64,000 nt of DNA from Candidatus Micrarchaeota archaeon (GTDB lineage: Archaea > Micrarchaeota > Micrarchaeia > Anstonellales > Anstonellaceae): assembly GCA_026396415.1 (NCBI GenBank), contig JAPLWX010000040.1, positions 25,439 to 89,438 of the forward strand, in the 5' to 3' direction. Shown piece after piece: positions 19,137 to 28,065 of this stretch (positions are counted from its first letter, which is position 1; every line of letters begins with the position of its first letter). The position numbers and the translations under genes were made by a program. The notes beneath the pieces were generated by a model. The model was given only the letters and a program-made list of their open reading frames with translations, was not told the origin of the DNA and searched no databases.

Positions 19137-19207
19137 AAACGCCTGCAGCAAGACAGGTGGCAAAAACCTGCCGATGCTGCCGGGCAGAATAGGGATTTAA
19201 ACCTAGG

Positions 19208-20098
19208 ATGAGGGAAACACCCATGGCATCTTTGGAGCCCGCATCGCTGCTCTCGCAGTTCCGCGACATAGCAATATTCGCAGCCATCGCATGCTACATC
19301 TTTGCAGCCGGCAAAATCACGGATTTTCTCTCATCATCCGGCAAGCGCATGACAAAGCGCGAGGTCCTCGTGGTGCCGTTCGCCTATGTTTTCCTATGCT
19401 TTTTCACCCTGCTCCTGTACGCATCCTCCGGCGCCTGGGTGCCGCCTCAGAACACCATAATCACGATGGCAGCGTATCTTGTCCTCCTTCCCCTTGCGCT
19501 ATGCATTTGTGCCGGCGCGCTCGCGCTCCACGGGTTCTTCCACGACAGGCTGAACCCCCTGCAGTCGCTTGACCTGAGCATGCACATCATTCTTGCGCCG
19601 TTATTCGACGGCCTCGCCGGCTACTGGACGGCAATCGGCGCAGCCGCGGTGCTGGTGCTCGCATCCAGCCTTTCCTTCTGGTCGAGCGGCGGCAATTTCT
19701 CGCTGGTGACCCTTGACTTCCTCATCATGTCCGCGATTTTCTCGCTTTACTTCCTCTACCGCGCGCTCACGGCGAGGGACAACGAGGGCCGCGCATCAAA
19801 TTTCGTTTCCATGCTCGTGATATTCACGCCCGGCGTGCTCCGCCTCTTCCTTCCCACTGTGGCTTGCGCCCTTCTCTCGCTCATACCCATCCAGTTCTTC
19901 AAGACATGCCCGCTCCTCCAGGCCGGGAACGAGGTGACGCTCGCGCTTTCCGTGCTTGCGACCCTCGTGCTGCTTGTGCCCGTAATACCGCTGTTGTACG
20001 CGCTTTCAGTGAACCTGCTCCGCGCGGCAACCGCATTCTCGGTGCTTATGTACAAGGAAAAGCCCGGGAAGGCGAAGGGCAAGGAAGAAGAGGAATGA
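19208..20098 (+). CDS. polytopic membrane protein, unknown function
   Basis: 296 aa with about 8 hydrophobic segments and a charged KGKEEEE tail. Confidence 0.6.
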   Translation: MRETPMASLEPASLLSQFRDIAIFAAIACYIFAAGKITDFLSSSGKRMTKREVLVVPFAYVFLCFFTLLLYASSGAWVPPQNTIITMAAYLVLLPLALCICAGALALHGFFHDRLNPLQSLDLSMHIILAPLFDGLAGYWTAIGAAAVLVLASSLSFWSSGGNFSLVTLDFLIMSAIFSLYFLYRALTARDNEGRASNFVSMLVIFTPGVLRLFLPTVACALLSLIPIQFFKTCPLLQAGNEVTLALSVLATLVLLVPVIPLLYALSVNLLRAATAFSVLMYKEKPGKAKGKEEEE

Positions 20099-21399
20099 TT
20101 TCAGCCCTTGGGCGCGCGATGGCAGGGAAAGGAAAGATTAGGCGCGCGGAAAGTTTGGGCGGCTTGCGCGGGAATATGGATGAAAGCTGGTTGGCGCAAA
20201 CAGGAAGGCTTTTTACCGTTCCCTCCGAATTTGGGCACATGGGCATGAGCAGGTTTACCGTCTGGCTGATTGCGCTTCTGCTGCTCGTATCCGTATTCGT
20301 CACGGTGTACTTCCTCAATGCCAATTCCGCGCTTGAGCGGAAGATTGCCTCGCTCAATGCCACTGCCGCCAGCACGTCCCAGAAGCTTGCTGGCCTGCAG
20401 TCGGAATATTCGCTGCTCCGCCAGAATTACGCCCAGTCCCAAAGCGAGCTATCGAATGCCGAGTCATTGCTCATGCAGTCAAGCAACAGGGTCGCTCTCA
20501 TGCAGGCCCAGCTTCTCCAAACCGAGGCGGAGCTGAATGAAAGCAGGCAAAGCATTGCCGGCCAGCAGCAGAAGCTATATGCGCTCAACTCCGAATTTTC
20601 CACCCTTGAAAGCACGATAAACAGCTCCATAGCCTGGTTCCGCGGCAATGCCTACATGCCAAAAGACTTCGGCTTCATAGCCGATGCCGGCCAGCAGCGC
20701 GTAATGGCAGGCTTCATCCCCCGCATAGAAAGCGACTGCGTGGACTCGGGCAGCCTCAACCTCGCGTGCATTTCCCATCTCATGGAAAATACGGCATTCT
20801 CCATCCACTACCGCTCGGACACCGTGGCGGGAAGCGAAGACCACCTGCAGTCCGTGAAGGAAACAATCGGGCTTGGCTGGGGCGACTGCGAGGACTATTC
20901 CCTCATCCTCAAGGCAATACTGAACTCGGTGCGCAAGGACAATGCAAGCCTCAGCATTGTCGCATGGCAGCCTGCGGATTCGGGAGAATTCCGCGTCTAC
21001 CCCAAGGAAACGCCTGGCGAAAGCGGAGCTTTCTGGGTATATAAGAATGCAAAAGGCGCGCCAATGGGCTCCCCCCGGCACGCCTATGTCATCTGCTACA
21101 GCGTGGACGCGCAAACCGGGCACTGCACGGTGGCGCTATCCGACGCAGACGTGCAGTCGAGCAATCAGGTGCCTTCCCTCCAGGGTGCCTATGCATTCGA
21201 GCCGCAATCGGGCCGCTACCTTGGGAAATTGGGCGAATCCCTCTCCATTTGCACGCACAGCGGCTGCAAGAACATGGGCGGCGTGGTGTGGCTGGTAATA
21301 TCCGACAGCGACCTCTACATATACGGCGAGAACGGGTGGGAGGGCTATGCCGACTACCTTGCGAAGGTGGAAGCGGCGAAAGCGGAGCTTCCGGCGTAA
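20095..21399 (+). CDS. membrane-anchored coiled-coil protein with a transglutaminase-like cysteine-protease-like C-terminal domain
   Basis: ATG 20095 overlaps the upstream stop (ATGA). Contains a TM helix, a Q/L/S-rich coiled coil, then GLGWGDCEDYSLILKAIL, which resembles the catalytic Cys motif of transglutaminase-like peptidases. Confidence 0.6.
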   Translation: MISALGRAMAGKGKIRRAESLGGLRGNMDESWLAQTGRLFTVPSEFGHMGMSRFTVWLIALLLLVSVFVTVYFLNANSALERKIASLNATAASTSQKLAGLQSEYSLLRQNYAQSQSELSNAESLLMQSSNRVALMQAQLLQTEAELNESRQSIAGQQQKLYALNSEFSTLESTINSSIAWFRGNAYMPKDFGFIADAGQQRVMAGFIPRIESDCVDSGSLNLACISHLMENTAFSIHYRSDTVAGSEDHLQSVKETIGLGWGDCEDYSLILKAILNSVRKDNASLSIVAWQPADSGEFRVYPKETPGESGAFWVYKNAKGAPMGSPRHAYVICYSVDAQTGHCTVALSDADVQSSNQVPSLQGAYAFEPQSGRYLGKLGESLSICTHSGCKNMGGVVWLVISDSDLYIYGENGWEGYADYLAKVEAAKAELPA

Positions 21400-21516
21400 A
21401 AGAAAGGTTTGCGGCACGAGCCCGCTGCAAAAGCAGCCGATGCTTGACAATTGGTGCGTGGATATCTTTATTAGCTGTATCTGAGTTTTCCGAACACTGC
21501 CATTTGAGGTGCCTTT

Positions 21517-22617
21517 ATGGAAATCGAAAACCCGAGCATTCTTGACGCGTCCGAGCCTGTCTCGCGCGCGATAAACGAAATCTCCCGCACGGGCCTGCCC
21601 GTCATCATCACCAAGGACGGCAAGTACATAGGGATCATCGACGAGCGCGCAATCCGGACGCATACCGACCCGTCCAAGGCGAAATGCGGCTCCCTCTCCG
21701 AGCGCGCGCCGGCGCTTACTCCTGAAAGCACGGTGATGGACGCCTGCAACGCGTTTTTCGCAGGCCGCTTCAAGGCAATCCCTGTTATCAGCAAGGGCAA
21801 GGTGGAGGGCGCAATCACCAGGCGCACCCTCTTCCGCGAGCTTCTCGGCGAGAAGATGCTGACGAAAAAGCGCGTGTCCGAGGTGATGACCACGCCGGTG
21901 CACACGCTTGACATCTCATCCTCCATCGGGCAGGCGCGCTCAGAGATGAGGCGCCAGAGCATACGCAGGGTGGTGGTGACAAAGGACGGCAAGATTGCAG
22001 GCCTGCTTTCGGTCTTCGACCTCGCCACCTCGTTCTCAGGCAAGATGCAGTCCAGCCCGTTCTACCGCGGCGGGGAGAAGACGAGCATGGACGCCCAGCC
22101 CATCGCCTCCTATGTGAAAAAGGAAGTGGAGACGATAAGCGGGAGCGACTCGCTCGCATCCGCGGTGAAAAAGATGCTGGACGCCCGCGTGGCCGCGCTC
22201 ATAGTGGAGGACAACGGCTTCCCGCACGGCATAGTCACCGCGAAGGACATCCTGCATGCCGCGCTTGCAGAGGAAAAGGGCGCATCGCGCGTTTTCGTCT
22301 CGGGCATTCCTCACGACAAGCGCGAGTACGCATCCCAAATCGCGGGCGAGGGCGAAAAGCTCCTCGCAAGGCTTGGCAAAAGCTCCCCTGTGCGCTCGCT
22401 TGCCTACCATATGAAGAACGAGGGCTCCGGCTTCTCGGTGCGCGCGCGCCTCGACACCACCCGCAAGTCCTACAGCGCATCCTCATTCGACTTCCGGATA
22501 GAGTCCGCGGTGCGCCAGGTGACGGACGAAATCGAGAAGATGGCGGGCAAGGACAAGCTCACCGGCATGAGCAGGAAAAAGGGCGTGCAGCGCGCGCGGG
22601 ACGTCGCTGAAGAGTAG
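21517..22617 (+). CDS. CBS-domain protein (four CBS modules) with an extra C-terminal alpha/beta domain
   Basis: Repeated CBS-type segments (e.g. VMTTPVHTLD, VVVTKDGKIAGLLSVFDL, IVEDNGFPHGIVTAKDIL). The C-terminal roughly 110 aa is a separate domain. Confidence 0.75.
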   Translation: MEIENPSILDASEPVSRAINEISRTGLPVIITKDGKYIGIIDERAIRTHTDPSKAKCGSLSERAPALTPESTVMDACNAFFAGRFKAIPVISKGKVEGAITRRTLFRELLGEKMLTKKRVSEVMTTPVHTLDISSSIGQARSEMRRQSIRRVVVTKDGKIAGLLSVFDLATSFSGKMQSSPFYRGGEKTSMDAQPIASYVKKEVETISGSDSLASAVKKMLDARVAALIVEDNGFPHGIVTAKDILHAALAEEKGASRVFVSGIPHDKREYASQIAGEGEKLLARLGKSSPVRSLAYHMKNEGSGFSVRARLDTTRKSYSASSFDFRIESAVRQVTDEIEKMAGKDKLTGMSRKKGVQRARDVAEE

Positions 22618-22636
22618 CCGGGAAGCGCCAAGAGGC

Positions 22637-24289
22637 GTGCAGCCGGCAAAGGGCAGCCAAGCGCAGCAAGGGAAGCGCCGAGACAAGGTGCATGGATTGG
22701 CATCAGCCACATATGCGGCATTGGACAAGGCATGGAAGTCCACTTGCCGCGTGCTTTTCGGCGAGGAAGTCGGCGAGCTTGCCCCGTTCGCCGGATGGCT
22801 CAAGGAATACGTCTATGCGACCCGCCCTGAGAAATCCATGCTGTCAGGCAAGCCCATAGCGATAACAATGGACGACTATTCCCAGAAAGCCAGCTTCATT
22901 TCCCTTGACGAGGTTGATTTCGGGAAAAAAGCCAGCCCGCTCCCGCTGAACGACCTCAAGGACATTGACAGCCTTGTGCGCGCGGCAAGCGAACGCATTT
23001 CCTACACAGGCAACGTGGTGCTCGGCAATTCCTCCTATGTGGAAGGCAGCACCGGGGTGCTGGACAGCCACTATGTGCTTGACTCGGCAATGGTGAACAA
23101 GTCAAAGTACATTGCCTATTCCCGCTGGGAAACCGACGTCGAGTACTGCTTTGGCGGCATTGGCACCACGCTCGGGCAGTTCATGGTGAAGGACAGCGGA
23201 AGCAACCTCACGCGCTGCTTCGAGTGCCACATGGCAAACGACCTTTCGGACTGCTACTTCTGCGCCAAGACGATAAACTGCAAGGAATGCATCTTCTGTT
23301 TCGGCGCGGAAAACCAGTCGCACTGCATTGGCAACACCAAACTTCCCCGCGACAAGTACGCAGAACTGAAAAAGAAGCTGCTTGCCGAGATGGCGCAGGC
23401 TCTCCGCAGGGACAAGCGCATCTTCTCCCTGCTGAAAATAGTGGAAATGTCCTCGAAATACGCCCCCAACGAGCTGGGGATTTCTTTCAAGCAGGAAAAG
23501 AAACGCCCATTCACCCTCAAGCCAATTGCTGATGCATTTGCAGCCACCTCCTCTCTCCTTCTTGGCAGGAAGCTTTCCATGCCCGAATATTCAGATTTCC
23601 TCCAGAAGCATGTCCCGAACAATCCAATCCTGAAATCCTGCCTCACAGGCAGTTACGTCACTGTGGGCGGCTACCGCGCCAACCTGCTTGGCATGTATGG
23701 CCTCAAGGGCAGGATGGCAACCGAGGATGAGGTCCGGGAAATAGGCAGGCATGGCATAGGCGAAGCCAATGCCGCAAGGCTCTCCATTGACGCAGGCACA
23801 CTCACCGAGCTTCTCCACCCCATAGCGTACTTCAACCTGGAAAAAGACACCGGAAAAATAAGCAATGTGGCAAGGTCTGCAGTGGTGATAAATGCCACTG
23901 ACGGCTACGAATCATCCGCGCTCATCCAGTCCAAGAAATGCGCCTACTGCTTCTGGACCAACAACGACGAAGCCGTGTTCGGCTCGTACATGACGCACAA
24001 CTCGTCCTTCTGCATCAACACATACATCTCGCAGCGCCTCGCGCGCGCATTCGAGTGCGACAGTTGCGAGAACTGCTCGGACGCCTACTTCCTGCACAAC
24101 TGCGAGAACGTGCGCGACTCCATGTTCTGCTTCAACGTGAAGAACCTCGCGCACGCGATAGGGAACGCGGAGCTCCCGCCCGCGCAATACAGGGGCATCA
24201 AATCCTCCCTCGTGCAGCAGATGTCCGATGAGCTTGAGAAAAAGAAGGACCTGAAGTGGGACATTTTCACGATCGGGTGCCGCGTTTGA
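22637..24289 (+). CDS. Cys-rich hypothetical protein with internal duplication
   Basis: GTG start preceded by AAGAGG. Two related Cys-rich modules at 23216-23335 and 24050-24166, each ending in ..H(C/A)IGN(T/A)(K/E)LP. Confidence 0.6.
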   Translation: MQPAKGSQAQQGKRRDKVHGLASATYAALDKAWKSTCRVLFGEEVGELAPFAGWLKEYVYATRPEKSMLSGKPIAITMDDYSQKASFISLDEVDFGKKASPLPLNDLKDIDSLVRAASERISYTGNVVLGNSSYVEGSTGVLDSHYVLDSAMVNKSKYIAYSRWETDVEYCFGGIGTTLGQFMVKDSGSNLTRCFECHMANDLSDCYFCAKTINCKECIFCFGAENQSHCIGNTKLPRDKYAELKKKLLAEMAQALRRDKRIFSLLKIVEMSSKYAPNELGISFKQEKKRPFTLKPIADAFAATSSLLLGRKLSMPEYSDFLQKHVPNNPILKSCLTGSYVTVGGYRANLLGMYGLKGRMATEDEVREIGRHGIGEANAARLSIDAGTLTELLHPIAYFNLEKDTGKISNVARSAVVINATDGYESSALIQSKKCAYCFWTNNDEAVFGSYMTHNSSFCINTYISQRLARAFECDSCENCSDAYFLHNCENVRDSMFCFNVKNLAHAIGNAELPPAQYRGIKSSLVQQMSDELEKKKDLKWDIFTIGCRV

Positions 24290-24308
24290 CGCGCCACCCA
24301 CTGCCATG

Positions 24309-24381
24309 TGCATTTTGCTCGATGGCAAAATGCATCAGACACCGAGCGTTTGCCGCTCGGTGCTGAAACCGTGCGCGGTTT
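24309..24381. terminator. three consecutive perfect hairpins between convergent genes
   Basis: tgcattttgc/gcaaaatgca (24309-24334), caccgagcg/cgctcggtg (24340-24362), aaaccg/cggttt (24366-24381). Confidence 0.35.
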
Positions 24382-24444
24382 GCCATCGGCGCGAATGCGC
24401 GCGCTAAGAAATGAAAAATAAAGAAAAAAAGAACTCCTGTGCGC

Positions 24445-25389
24445 TTACGGCAAAATCCCGTCTTTCGGATATTTTCCTGCAAGCTTGGAAATCTCATCGC
24501 CAATTCCCTTCAGGTCAATCACCATCTGGGCTCCCAGCTTAGCATTGTCCAGAACTCCCTCAAGGAAAGCGGCGTATTCCTGTTTCACAGTTTCAACAAT
24601 CTTCCCAACTACTGCAAGGTTTTCCCGGTTATCTTCCTTCACCTTCTGCCACCTTTGCTGGTAACCTTCGGTATATCCGACATAACTGTACTGCTTCTTC
24701 ACGAACTCATCAATTATCTTGGAGATTTCCCCGACCGTGTTTTTGATTCTGTCTGGTGCGCTTTTATTTGCGTCTGGCTTAAGATCCGTGTCTTTCTCCA
24801 CCAGGAGATTCTGGTTCATGACCTTGTTGAAGTCGATTTTATCCTTTACCTCGTAAGCGCCTTTGTGCAGGGTATAGAAAAAGCTGAACGACTTGCTGTT
24901 CACGTCAGAAATCATCTTTGCCCAGTAATCGCTCTTGAGCAGCTGCTCAATCTCGTGCAGCTGAACGCCCTTTTCATTAAGTTCGCGGTTTGTGATGGTC
25001 TTGTATATCCGTTCCTTCCTGTTTTGGACAAATTCCAAGACTTCCTGCGTGGGCGTTTCAAGCGCAAGGTTGGCCTGCTTCAACGATATATCGATAAGTG
25101 CGCGCCCAAGCTTGTTCAACTCGCCTCTCTCCCCATCGTTTGCAGAATAGGTCTCATATACTGTCTTTAGCACATCCCTTGCTTCCATTGCATATTTGAG
25201 CGATATGAATGGCACCTTGTTTTCCCAGTATTCAGCCTTCAATTTGTACCTCTGGATAATCTTCACTCCAGTGTCGTAATCTATTTTTGTCTCTTTAGAC
25301 CTGTTTCCCATAGGCCACGTTTTTGTAGCCTTCGGGTAGTTTTCCACTTTCTGCGGGATTCCTCCTAATATGTAAGCCATCAATATCAC
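24445..25389 (-). CDS. hypothetical protein (AT-richer gene)
   Basis: 314-aa Lys/Glu-rich helical ORF. TATA box 25 nt upstream of the ATG suggests a leaderless mRNA. No motif recognised. Confidence 0.6.
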   Translation of the reverse strand: MILMAYILGGIPQKVENYPKATKTWPMGNRSKETKIDYDTGVKIIQRYKLKAEYWENKVPFISLKYAMEARDVLKTVYETYSANDGERGELNKLGRALIDISLKQANLALETPTQEVLEFVQNRKERIYKTITNRELNEKGVQLHEIEQLLKSDYWAKMISDVNSKSFSFFYTLHKGAYEVKDKIDFNKVMNQNLLVEKDTDLKPDANKSAPDRIKNTVGEISKIIDEFVKKQYSYVGYTEGYQQRWQKVKEDNRENLAVVGKIVETVKQEYAAFLEGVLDNAKLGAQMVIDLKGIGDEISKLAGKYPKDGILP

Positions 25390-25414
25390 CTGTGTCTATT
25401 AATGGAGGAATATG

Positions 25415-25422
25415 TTTATAAA
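25415..25422. promoter_or_regulatory. TATA box (TTTATAAA)
   Basis: Palindromic octamer 25 nt upstream of ATG 25389 (minus strand). Confidence 0.45.
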
Positions 25423-25524
25423 GCTATTGTATACGCCTAACCACATAAGAAAGACTCGTGCCTGGCATCATGAGCATAGGCGCGCGCTAGGCATATTTCA
25501 TTTTCCAGGCTCGGGCATGGCCCC

Positions 25525-26229
25525 TCAGCAAAAGTTCCGCACCTTTTTGCCCGCGATTTTCCCGTCCTCGTTTGGGCCAGTGCCCAGCATGCCTGCGGAT
25601 TCCCGGCCCGCAGCGTATAAAGTTATTTTTCTTGGCCTGATTTTCTTCCCGTCAAAGGCGGTTTCATACACTGTTTCGGTGTTCGCCACTATTTTCATGC
25701 CCAGGCTCTCCGCCATTTCCCCGTGCTCTTTTGGCATCGCGCCTTTAATTCTTCGTATCCCTGGCATCGCCCTCGCAGCCTCAATTATCCTGCCAAGCAG
25801 GAGCCGGTAGATGGTTGCCGCATCCTTGGTTTCATGCGGCAGAAATAGCACAAAATTGGCGCTCTCATAGCATGCCCTGTACGACGCTATCGCCGCTTTC
25901 TCGCCGCCATGGATCTGCTGATTGCCTGCAAACGCGGCTTGCATCTCCACCATGCTCTTATTGCCCATGATTTGTATGTCGTAGGTTACTGGCATTCCGA
26001 ACCCGACAAGCGCGCCATTGTCTTTTGCTGCAAATATGCCGCCTGCATTGCTCTGCGCGGCCAGCCTTTTGCCGCTCCAATCAATGTCATTCAGGATGTT
26101 GGTTTCGAGATTGCGCATCCTGAAGCCGGCGGGAGGATTCATGAAAATGCCTGTGATTGCGCCAATATCCTTCTTGCTTGCCCTGTTCACCTGTATTGCC
26201 ATGGACTTCCCCCTCGCACCTTGCGTCAT
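25525..26229 (-). CDS. hypothetical protein (possibly GNAT-like; weak)
   Basis: 234-aa ORF. Its alpha/beta character and N-terminal IQVNRASKKDIGAI are reminiscent of acetyltransferases, but no clear acetyl-CoA motif is present. Confidence 0.45.
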   Translation of the reverse strand: MTQGARGKSMAIQVNRASKKDIGAITGIFMNPPAGFRMRNLETNILNDIDWSGKRLAAQSNAGGIFAAKDNGALVGFGMPVTYDIQIMGNKSMVEMQAAFAGNQQIHGGEKAAIASYRACYESANFVLFLPHETKDAATIYRLLLGRIIEAARAMPGIRRIKGAMPKEHGEMAESLGMKIVANTETVYETAFDGKKIRPRKITLYAAGRESAGMLGTGPNEDGKIAGKKVRNFC

Positions 26230-26392
26230 TCCTGACCATTTCTTCTTTTAAATCCAGCCGGTTTCCGCCCGCCTGCACATAAGTAATAAATATCCTCATC
26301 CCGAATGCACTGCAGGTGATGTGGCGGGCTGCCTTATGGGCGTGCAATCCTGCCCCAAGGAATATATGCCGCATCGCACGAAAGGTGCATTT

Positions 26393-27295
26393 ATGCTCGA
26401 AACCACGCTTTGCGGCATCAAGCTTCGCAACCCTCTCATCCTCGCCTCAGGCATACGCGGAAACAGCGCGGGGCTTCTCATCCGTGCGGGAAAGGAAGGC
26501 GCGGGTGCGGCGACATCAAAATCCTGCTCGCTCCTGCCACATGAAGGGCATGCCAACCCCACCATGGTGGACATTGACGGCACCTACATTAACGCAATAG
26601 GGCTTTCCAATCCAGGCGTGGACGACGAGATTTACGAAATACGCGAGGCAGTTGCAAAGGCAGGCATACCAATAATTGCCTCATTCTATGCGGGAAAGGT
26701 GAGCGATTTTGCCGCAGTGGCTGCGCGCATTTCCGAGGCAAAGCCCGCCATGCTGGAAGTGGACATCTCCTGTCCCAGCCGCAAAGATGCCCTGTTCTCC
26801 TCCTACGCAAAGGACGCATCAGAGGTGTGCCTTGCAGTGCGCGATGCCACTTCCATTCCCTTTTCCGCAAAGCTTTCCCCCGACGTGCCAAACATCGGCG
26901 AAATCGCGCGCGCCTGCGTGGCAAGCGGCGCAAGCTGCATCACCGCGATAAACACAATCGGCGGCATGTATATCGACGCGCACGCGCGCCATGCCGTGCT
27001 TGCAAACTCGTTCGGGGGCATTTCCGGCGCTGCAATAAAGCCTGTCGCGCTCAAGAGTGTGTACCTTGTGAGGAAAGCAATCGGCCCCGAGGTGCCCATC
27101 ATCGGCACAGGCGGCGTTTTCACAGGCATCGACGCCATTGAGATGCTGATGGCAGGCGCCACCTGCGTGGGCGTGGGGACGGCGATTGCAACGCGCAAGG
27201 AGAGCGCGCCTTTCAAGGCAATTGCGCAGGAAATGGAATCATTCATGAAGAAAGAAGGCTACAGAAAGCTTGCAGACCTCAAGCTCCAAGAGTAA
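26393..27295 (+). CDS. pyrD: dihydroorotate dehydrogenase, catalytic subunit (class 1B)
   Basis: Starts MLETTLCGIKLRNPLILASG. Contains IGLSNPG and DISCPS motifs. Followed by pyrK. Confidence 0.9.
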   Translation: MLETTLCGIKLRNPLILASGIRGNSAGLLIRAGKEGAGAATSKSCSLLPHEGHANPTMVDIDGTYINAIGLSNPGVDDEIYEIREAVAKAGIPIIASFYAGKVSDFAAVAARISEAKPAMLEVDISCPSRKDALFSSYAKDASEVCLAVRDATSIPFSAKLSPDVPNIGEIARACVASGASCITAINTIGGMYIDAHARHAVLANSFGGISGAAIKPVALKSVYLVRKAIGPEVPIIGTGGVFTGIDAIEMLMAGATCVGVGTAIATRKESAPFKAIAQEMESFMKKEGYRKLADLKLQE

Positions 27296-27303
27296 GTGAC
27301 AAT

Positions 27304-28065
27304 ATGCCGATACATCAAATAGCCACAGTTACAAAGGCAGAAAAGGAAAATGGCATAGTCACCACGCTCACGTTCGACACGCCGCTCTCACACGCGCAGC
27401 CTGGGCAGTTCGTGATGCTCTGGCTCCCTGGCTTTGATGAAAAGCCCTATGGCGTGGCAGGGGTTTCGCCTCTCAGAATATCGGTTGGCGCGCGCGGTCC
27501 ATTTTCCAAGAAGCTCTGCGGCATGGAAAAAGGCGACCGTGTTTGGCTGCGCGGCCCGTATGGAAAAGGGTTTGAGCTTAAGGGCAAAAAAATATTGCTT
27601 GTGGGCGGCGGCTATGGATTTGGCCCCTTGCGCTTCCTGGCTGAAGTTGCGCGCAAGCGCAAGGTTTCTGCAACTGCCATTTGCGGCGCAAGAAGCAAAG
27701 GGCTGCTCATGCTGCCTGCAGCCTGCAAGACAATCTTCACAACAGACGACGGAAGCGCAGGCACCAAGGGCAATGTGCTTGTGGCAATGAAGGAATTGCT
27801 TGCCAAGGAGCGTTTTGATGTTGTTTACACCTGCGGCCCCGAGCGCATGATGTCTGCAGTTGCCTATGAAGCAAAGGCGCACAAGGCAGGCTGCCAGCTT
27901 TTGCTTGAGCGCTACATGAAATGCGGCATAGGCATATGCGGGCACTGCTGCATTGGCGACAAGCTTGTCTGCATAGACGGCCCCATGTTCGGGCTGGAAA
28001 TACTTGAGAACCCGGAATTCTGCAAGGTATGGCGCACAAAGACAGGCAAGAGGGTGCCGATATGA
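27304..28065 (+). CDS. pyrK: dihydroorotate dehydrogenase electron-transfer subunit
   Basis: FAD/NAD-binding fold with the C-terminal 2Fe-2S motif CGIGICGHCC. Confidence 0.88.
   Translation: MPIHQIATVTKAEKENGIVTTLTFDTPLSHAQPGQFVMLWLPGFDEKPYGVAGVSPLRISVGARGPFSKKLCGMEKGDRVWLRGPYGKGFELKGKKILLVGGGYGFGPLRFLAEVARKRKVSATAICGARSKGLLMLPAACKTIFTTDDGSAGTKGNVLVAMKELLAKERFDVVYTCGPERMMSAVAYEAKAHKAGCQLLLERYMKCGIGICGHCCIGDKLVCIDGPMFGLEILENPEFCKVWRTKTGKRVPI

Noticed and set aside
19864-20094. N-terminal extensions of ORF-track entries that overlap the preceding gene (19864, 18153, 33327, 30197, 26321, 28029, 2393).
   Set aside because: Internal ATGs form ATGA-type overlaps, or sit just before a signal peptide or a conserved N-terminus (for example MLETTLCGIKLRNP for pyrD, MKSPFIVFKGG for pyrC). 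The extensions are compositionally odd and overlap upstream coding sequence.
25412-25810. Plus-strand 132-aa ORF starting exactly at the atgtttataaag element.
   Set aside because: Its ATG is part of the palindromic TATA box that serves the minus-strand gene. The ORF is antisense to 25525-26229 and hydrophobic/Pro-rich in the manner of a shadow frame.
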